From a virus: a DNA stretch of 64,000 nucleotides. The position numbers and the translations under genes were made by a program. Under the pieces are notes generated by a model. It did no database searches and was not told the origin of the DNA. It worked only from the letters and a program-made list of their open reading frames with translations. The DNA is taken from the IMG/VR virus record IMGVR_UViG_3300017646_000001, positions 1 to 64,000 of that record; one strand, 5' to 3'. Positions 58,993 to 64,000 of this stretch are shown in pieces; position 1 is the stretch's first letter; each line of letters starts with the position of its first letter.

Positions 58993-59486
58993 GCGATCCT
59001 ATCCAATACCACGATACTGAAAAAGAAGCTATGATGCTGGCCGTGGAGGGTACGTCTCACCGACTACCCGATCTTGCCGCGCTGGCTCAGTCCTTCTTAC
59101 ATCGCCGCATGGCTAACGCCAACACTATGGAGCGCGCCAAGCTACAGGCGTTAAACCTGTTGCTCGATAAGATGGAGAACGAACCCGATAAAATCTCGGC
59201 CACCAAGCTGCTGGAGATTATCGAAACTATTTCCACTCATACCGGCTCCGATCTCAAAACCATCATGGACACCCAGGTTGCCCTAGCCAATGCGGGGGGT
59301 AAGTCTGGCTCAAATCAGCCGGCTCCAGGTTTAATGACTGGCCTGTTCGGTGGAGGACAATCTACGCCAGCTCAACCCGTGCACCCTGTTAGCCGAGAAA
59401 CCTACAAGCTGTTGGATGGCTTAAATCAGGTGGCTGAAAACGTGGTGGCCCGAGCGCAGAGTGGCGTTGTAGAAGCTGGCACGTAA
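58989..59486 (+). CDS. Putative terminase small subunit
   Basis: Helical, ATGA-coupled, immediately upstream of the large subunit; positional inference. Confidence 0.5.
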   Translation: MSDPIQYHDTEKEAMMLAVEGTSHRLPDLAALAQSFLHRRMANANTMERAKLQALNLLLDKMENEPDKISATKLLEIIETISTHTGSDLKTIMDTQVALANAGGKSGSNQPAPGLMTGLFGGGQSTPAQPVHPVSRETYKLLDGLNQVAENVVARAQSGVVEAGT

Positions 59487-59496
59487 AGTCGTACTT

Positions 59497-61434
59497 ATGA
59501 TCCTCAACGAGTTACAACAGGAACAGCATAAAGCCGCCATGGAGCGGCTTTACAATTCTCCTGAGTACCGAGAACTAGAGCGCCAAATCTCGGTTAACAA
59601 CCCGCGCATTCAAAATCTTAAGCCGGCGGTCCGGCTTACTGCCATATATTTGCTCAAGTATGGCGGTGAGTTCATGGTGGATGATCTATGGCGGCTGTTT
59701 TATAAGCGTCGTCCTCCTACTATCGAGGAATACCTGTCGCCTAAGGTGCTGCCCGAAACAAACCAAATCTTGTACCCCAAGTGGCGGCAAGAGGCCCATG
59801 AGATTTTTGCTACGGGTTCTACCTTCTTTGAGGTTGTCATCGGAGGGGCCATTGGAGGCGGCAAATCGACATTTGCCACCATTTTGCATTTGTACAACCT
59901 GATTCGTGTAGCCCTATTACTCAATCCACACGCCACTCTGGGTTCGGCTCCAAACAAGACGTTAATTTTATCGCTCTTTACGATTACTCTGCCAAAAGCG
60001 CGTAAAGCGTTGGTAGAGCCATTCCTTGCACTAATGAAGGAATGTGAGGAATACTTCGAGTATGTTGAGGACCGCCGCGAATGCAAGGCCGGCTTTCCCT
60101 CGTTTGCTAACTCGGACAAAATTCCTTTTTACGACAACAATACCGAAATTATCCTGCCTAAGTCGGTCAACGTGATGCTGGGTTCCCAGACCACGCACGC
60201 GTTGTCGTTTGATATGTTTGGGGCTTTCCTGGACGAGGCCGAATTTCGAGGCGATGCAGGCGGGGCTGAAAAAGCCATGGAAGTGTGGAACTCGTTGCGC
60301 ACTCGCGTAACGTCTCGCTTCTTGGATTCCCGTTTTACGTTCGTATCACTCGTATCGTCTGCGCGATACGCGACCGGGGTGATGGCGACTTATACCAAGT
60401 CCATCTCACCCGACTCTAAGGTTTCCAAATACTTGTCGTATCCCATTTGGGAAATCAAGAGTTTCGATTCCTACAAACAGGGCCATTTCTATATCCTGCG
60501 TGGTAATTCGGCTAACCCTAGCCGCATGCTAGAGGTAGAGCATGACAGCATCGAAGCTGGACAGTATGTGGTTCCAGAAGGATGCGAGGTAGTCAAGGTA
60601 CCTAAGGTTTACTACCGCGAGTTCAAGTTCGACTTAGAGAACTCTATTCGCGACCTAGCAGGGATGCAAACGCTTAATGCGGACTTCCCGTTCCAGAAAA
60701 CCTCGCATATTGAAGCCCCATTCCTGACTCCTGAATTTGTGATTCAGGCTCCGTTGGGCGAAGGTATCCCACTCATTAACAAGCTACCGGAGCAGCTGTT
60801 CACTGAAACCCCCTCCGGGTTGCGTTTGGCGCGATACGGGTCGGTATACCGATATGCCCACGTGGACTTAGCCGAAGCTAACGTGGCGGGCTTGACTATA
60901 TCGCACAAAGAAAGCTATAAAGGGCGCACGGTCTACGTAGTGGACCTTACATGCGAAATTAAGTCGCCTACTCGTATTGACATCAACGCGATTGAACAGC
61001 TATTAATCGACTTGCACCATCAACGCGGAGTGTTATTTCATACCATTACCGCTGACCAGTACCAGTCTACTGCCATGAGACAGCGGCTGGAAGTCCTAGG
61101 TGTAGCGCAGAAGGTAGAGCTGCTGTCGGTTGATAAGACTCTGGTTCCCATAGGCGACGTAGCGCGCCTTGTGATAGAAGACCGCCTGAAAATAGGCCCG
61201 TGTCCACATTTACGCGAGCAGATGGAACAGCTGCGCGTAGACCCCGCCGCGTCGGCTAAAAAGGTAATACGTGGCCCCGCTGGTAAGGACCAATTTGACT
61301 CCATGGTAGGGTCTATTACTAACGCTATCGCGAACATCGAAGACGTGCCTAGCGTGGAATATGAAGAGCTAAGCACAGACGAAAAATTATCTGCACGCTT
61401 AGAGTCTGTGTTTGACGGGTTAAACCTGATTTGA
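59497..61434 (+). CDS. terL: Terminase large subunit
   Basis: GAIGGGKS, FLDEAEF, LVSS, HVDLA, TADQYQS, KDQFDS. Confidence 0.93.
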   Translation: MILNELQQEQHKAAMERLYNSPEYRELERQISVNNPRIQNLKPAVRLTAIYLLKYGGEFMVDDLWRLFYKRRPPTIEEYLSPKVLPETNQILYPKWRQEAHEIFATGSTFFEVVIGGAIGGGKSTFATILHLYNLIRVALLLNPHATLGSAPNKTLILSLFTITLPKARKALVEPFLALMKECEEYFEYVEDRRECKAGFPSFANSDKIPFYDNNTEIILPKSVNVMLGSQTTHALSFDMFGAFLDEAEFRGDAGGAEKAMEVWNSLRTRVTSRFLDSRFTFVSLVSSARYATGVMATYTKSISPDSKVSKYLSYPIWEIKSFDSYKQGHFYILRGNSANPSRMLEVEHDSIEAGQYVVPEGCEVVKVPKVYYREFKFDLENSIRDLAGMQTLNADFPFQKTSHIEAPFLTPEFVIQAPLGEGIPLINKLPEQLFTETPSGLRLARYGSVYRYAHVDLAEANVAGLTISHKESYKGRTVYVVDLTCEIKSPTRIDINAIEQLLIDLHHQRGVLFHTITADQYQSTAMRQRLEVLGVAQKVELLSVDKTLVPIGDVARLVIEDRLKIGPCPHLREQMEQLRVDPAASAKKVIRGPAGKDQFDSMVGSITNAIANIEDVPSVEYEELSTDEKLSARLESVFDGLNLI

Positions 61435-61476
61435 CGACCGTTATATAATTTTGGTCCAATTTCATAGGGATACACC

Positions 61477-61752
61477 ATGGCTCATTCGGCTCAGCGCGTA
61501 CAGTACACCAAGGAAGACGGCTCCAGTACCGAGCGCGTCCTCATTCTCGATTCCAACGATACCGTTCTCGCCCTCGACGTGACCGATCTGACCGAAGAGC
61601 AGCGCCGTATCGTTGAGGAAGAAAACGCCAAGCACCAAGAATCCATCAAGGAGGCAATCAAGGCGCTGCGCTCCATGAAGGATCGACTGGCTCCTTACGG
61701 TATCGAACCCAAGTGGCGCTCATTCAAGCGCTCGGGGCTGAAGAGCCTGTAA
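61477..61752 (+). CDS. Hypothetical protein (WYL/SH3-like pattern)
   Basis: QYTKEDGSSTERV...WRSFK; strong codon bias. Confidence 0.65.
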   Translation: MAHSAQRVQYTKEDGSSTERVLILDSNDTVLALDVTDLTEEQRRIVEEENAKHQESIKEAIKALRSMKDRLAPYGIEPKWRSFKRSGLKSL

Positions 61753-61757
61753 CCGCC

Positions 61758-62093
61758 ATGGGCGTTCAAACGCACGAGTGTCCCTTGGCGGGCATTCAAC
61801 ATCACGACGTCGACTCGGTACGGGAACAGCTGCGTGAACTCGCTCCGCTGCAGCTGCGCCCTGAGCCCGAGAACGAGTACGATCCCAACGCTGTGGGAGT
61901 GTACTACGAGGGCCACAAGCTGGGGTTTGTCGCTAAAACCGTAGCCGCCCGCATCAGTGCTCTGCTTCGGGGTGGCGCGCCCTACTCAGCCGTGATCAGT
62001 CAAATTGATTGGTCGGCTCAACCCTATCATCAAGTCCATATGGTCGTCGCCGTTCGTACCCCGGACGTAGAAGGCGAAGGAGTCACTGAATGA
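61758..62093 (+). CDS. HIRAN domain protein
   Basis: LAGIQHH...LRPEPENEYDPNAVGV....KLGFV. Confidence 0.9.
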   Translation: MGVQTHECPLAGIQHHDVDSVREQLRELAPLQLRPEPENEYDPNAVGVYYEGHKLGFVAKTVAARISALLRGGAPYSAVISQIDWSAQPYHQVHMVVAVRTPDVEGEGVTE

Positions 62094-62401
62094 CCAGAGC
62101 CGCTGAATACGCTATTCGAAATCTGTTTAGCCAGATACCCGTGTCGAACTTCATGGTGTCCAACCGGGATTCGGCCGAAGCCGTGCGTCAGATGCTGTGC
62201 GACCGGGTGGTAGCTGAACTGCCGCCTGAAAACCCTGCTCCGCCGCGCAGCGTTTGGCGTGATCCCATCACCGATGCACCCAAGGACGGCGAACGCGTCC
62301 TGGTTAAAACCAACACCGGCAACGTTATGATGGTGAACTGGTATGGTCCCAGTATCATCCACCGTGCTGGCATCATCGCATGGTGTTACGAACCAGCATG
62401 A
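62090..62401 (+). CDS. DUF551-like hypothetical protein
   Basis: W..PITDAPKDGERVLV...IIAW. Confidence 0.55.
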   Translation: MTRAAEYAIRNLFSQIPVSNFMVSNRDSAEAVRQMLCDRVVAELPPENPAPPRSVWRDPITDAPKDGERVLVKTNTGNVMMVNWYGPSIIHRAGIIAWCYEPA

Positions 62402-63651
62402 GCATATACCACCCCCTCACTTGGAGAAATCAGTTGGGTACCAAAGACAAGAAGCAAGGCCTGTTCCACATCTTACTGGACGGTGGGCATGGATCGAGCG
62501 GGAAGGGAGCGGCTGTGTGCCGTCTTGCCGAACTGCTGAAAGTGCAGAACTCGTCGGCCAACCACTCAGCCAACGCGGGACACACCATGGTACGCCCGGA
62601 TGGCGAAGCCTACGTGTTTAAGGCGCTGCCTTCGGCCGCTGCTCTGGGCTGGATGGGTTCGGAAGTGCGACCGCGACTCTGGGTGGGCCCCAACTCGGGA
62701 TTCGAAGAAGCCCAGTTCCTGAAAGAAATCCGGGACATGAAGCTGCGCATGAGCGACGTATTCGTCCATCACCGCGCCGCTCTCGTTCAAGACCACCACA
62801 AGCAGCTGGAAGGTCCGGGCGGCGCGCTGAGTACGCTGCACATTTCGTCCACCATGTCCGGTGCAGGTGCGACTTATGCGTCCAAAGCGATGCGCCAGCT
62901 CGACACTCTGTATGCAGGCGAAGTGGATTCGATCAAGGGTGTGGCTACCGTTGGCCGACCCGACTCCTTCTGGCGCGCCATTCAGTCGCGTTTGCAGAGC
63001 GGCGAAAGCTTCCTGCACGAGGTAGCCCAGGGCTTCGCTCTCTCGCTCGACTACGGCAACCACGACCGCCACGGTACGTTCCGCAACTGCACCGCGCAGC
63101 AGGGCGCGGCCGACATGGGTATCTTGCCGCATCAAATCGGCAACGTCTACCTCAACCTGCGTACTTACCCGATCCGTGTCGGCAACAACTTCGACGCCGA
63201 TGGCAACCGCGTTGGCTATTCGGGCGACTGGGAAGCCGACCAGCAAGAGCTGGACTGGGAAACGATCGGCCGCGCGGCCGGTATGCCGGAAGAAGAAATC
63301 CAGGCCCTCTTCTACAAGGAAAAGACTACCGTCACCAAGAAGCTGCGCCGCGTGGCTTCGTTCACCATGACCGGTACCAAGTTCGCCGCCGCGTTCAATG
63401 GGGCGACGCACCTGATCCTGAACTTCACATCCTACGTGGACTGGGCCTCGACCGACGTTAGCGGGGGTCGATCGGCCTACCAGGGCCTGTCGCGCCGCTT
63501 GCGCAAGTTCGTCGAAGATATCGAGGATGGCGTGGGCCTGCCCGTGGTGATGCTCGGTACGGGTGCGAAGCACGACTCGTTTATCTTGCCTTACGGTGAT
63601 ATCAACGTAGGTTCTCCCGCGTTGAGCCGCCAACCGAAACAGGCCGCGTAA
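62398..63651 (+). CDS. purZ: PurZ-type N6-succino-2-amino-2'-deoxyadenylate synthase (PurA paralogue)
   Basis: GSSGKG instead of PurA GDEGKG; NAGHT; E.AQG..LS; RTYPIRV; TTVTKKLRRV..F; LNFTSY instead of PurA TKLD. Confidence 0.87.
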   Translation: MSIYHPLTWRNQLGTKDKKQGLFHILLDGGHGSSGKGAAVCRLAELLKVQNSSANHSANAGHTMVRPDGEAYVFKALPSAAALGWMGSEVRPRLWVGPNSGFEEAQFLKEIRDMKLRMSDVFVHHRAALVQDHHKQLEGPGGALSTLHISSTMSGAGATYASKAMRQLDTLYAGEVDSIKGVATVGRPDSFWRAIQSRLQSGESFLHEVAQGFALSLDYGNHDRHGTFRNCTAQQGAADMGILPHQIGNVYLNLRTYPIRVGNNFDADGNRVGYSGDWEADQQELDWETIGRAAGMPEEEIQALFYKEKTTVTKKLRRVASFTMTGTKFAAAFNGATHLILNFTSYVDWASTDVSGGRSAYQGLSRRLRKFVEDIEDGVGLPVVMLGTGAKHDSFILPYGDINVGSPALSRQPKQAA

Positions 63652-63712
63652 CCGGCAGCGCGTTCCACCTAGCCCGGCTTCGGCCGGGCAAAATATCTCG
63701 GAATCCATTGAG

Positions 63713-64000
63713 ATGAATAACAGACAGTTTCAACATTTGCTGAACCAAGTCTTCGACCGGCTACAACAGCTTTCAGCTACCAAGGGACAAGAATATACCC
63801 AAGGCGAAGCCGGTGGCGAACGGCTTCGCAACTTCAAGCGACCCGCTGAAAACGTAGGTGATCACCCACTCAAGGCATGGTGGTACTACCTCAACAAGCA
63901 CTACGAGTCGATTACGACCTTCGTTAAGCAGGTGAGCGACGGCACGTTTGCGGGTCACGACCAGCTTTCTGAACCGATGGAGGGTCGTTTCCACGACCTG
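63713..64000 (+). CDS. MazG-fold nucleotide pyrophosphatase, MazZ-like (3'-truncated, absent from the ORF track)
   Basis: Hand translation MNNRQFQHLL...TKGQEY...RLRNFKR...YLNKHYESI...SEPMEGRFHDL, open to window end; adjacent to purZ. Confidence 0.65.
   Translation, partial: MNNRQFQHLLNQVFDRLQQLSATKGQEYTQGEAGGERLRNFKRPAENVGDHPLKAWWYYLNKHYESITTFVKQVSDGTFAGHDQLSEPMEGRFHDL

Noticed and set aside
51054-61434. Inteins or introns in polymerase, helicase or terminase
   Set aside because: ORFs are continuous, with no intein splice motifs or homing endonuclease signatures
61412-61449. TTGACG and TATAAT upstream of 61477 as a sigma70 promoter
   Set aside because: Spacers are 26 and 7 bp; a phage-specific promoter is possible but unsupported
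62566-63708. 380-aa ORF antisense to purZ
   Set aside because: Same shadow effect from C/G-ending codon bias
1-64000. CRISPR array, tRNA genes, integrase, or a T6SS/eCIS interpretation of the tail genes
   Set aside because: No regular repeat-spacer array, cloverleaf or recombinase seen; terminase, replisome and lysis genes indicate a true phage

Overview
A 64 kb piece of a lytic, contractile-tailed (myovirus-type) dsDNA phage of a Gram-negative host (two-component spanin, sigma70-type promoters). 1-34.9 kb (+): Ig-domain virion protein, neck and tail genes in T4-like order (sheath, tube, frameshifted chaperone, tape measure with SLT domain, hub, spike, PAAR, gp25, gp6/J, gp7/I), several fibre proteins, holin-like genes and a GH19 endolysin, four paralogous lectin-fold virion proteins followed by a highly periodic repeat protein, then spanins. 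34.9-41.0 kb (-): an early operon of small ORFs behind a consensus promoter, a palindrome-rich spacer, primase, RNase H and UvrD helicase. 41.0-41.7 kb: a long, highly structured intergenic region. 41.7-64 kb (+): kinase, HTH protein, UvsW-like helicase, fused Mre11-Rad50, SSB, dCMP deaminase, RecA/UvsX, family A polymerase, ATP ligase, resolvase, DnaB, HU/sigma/Mor-like regulators, terminase, HIRAN, then a PurZ-type synthetase and a truncated MazZ-like gene, pointing to a 2-aminoadenine (Z) genome. Top leads: the Z pathway in a large myovirus, a possible scaffold-templated multi-lectin fibre, a candidate structured ncRNA with a G-rich origin-like element, and a pseudoknot upstream of the SSB gene. 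All calls come from reading motifs by eye; no searches or folding were run.
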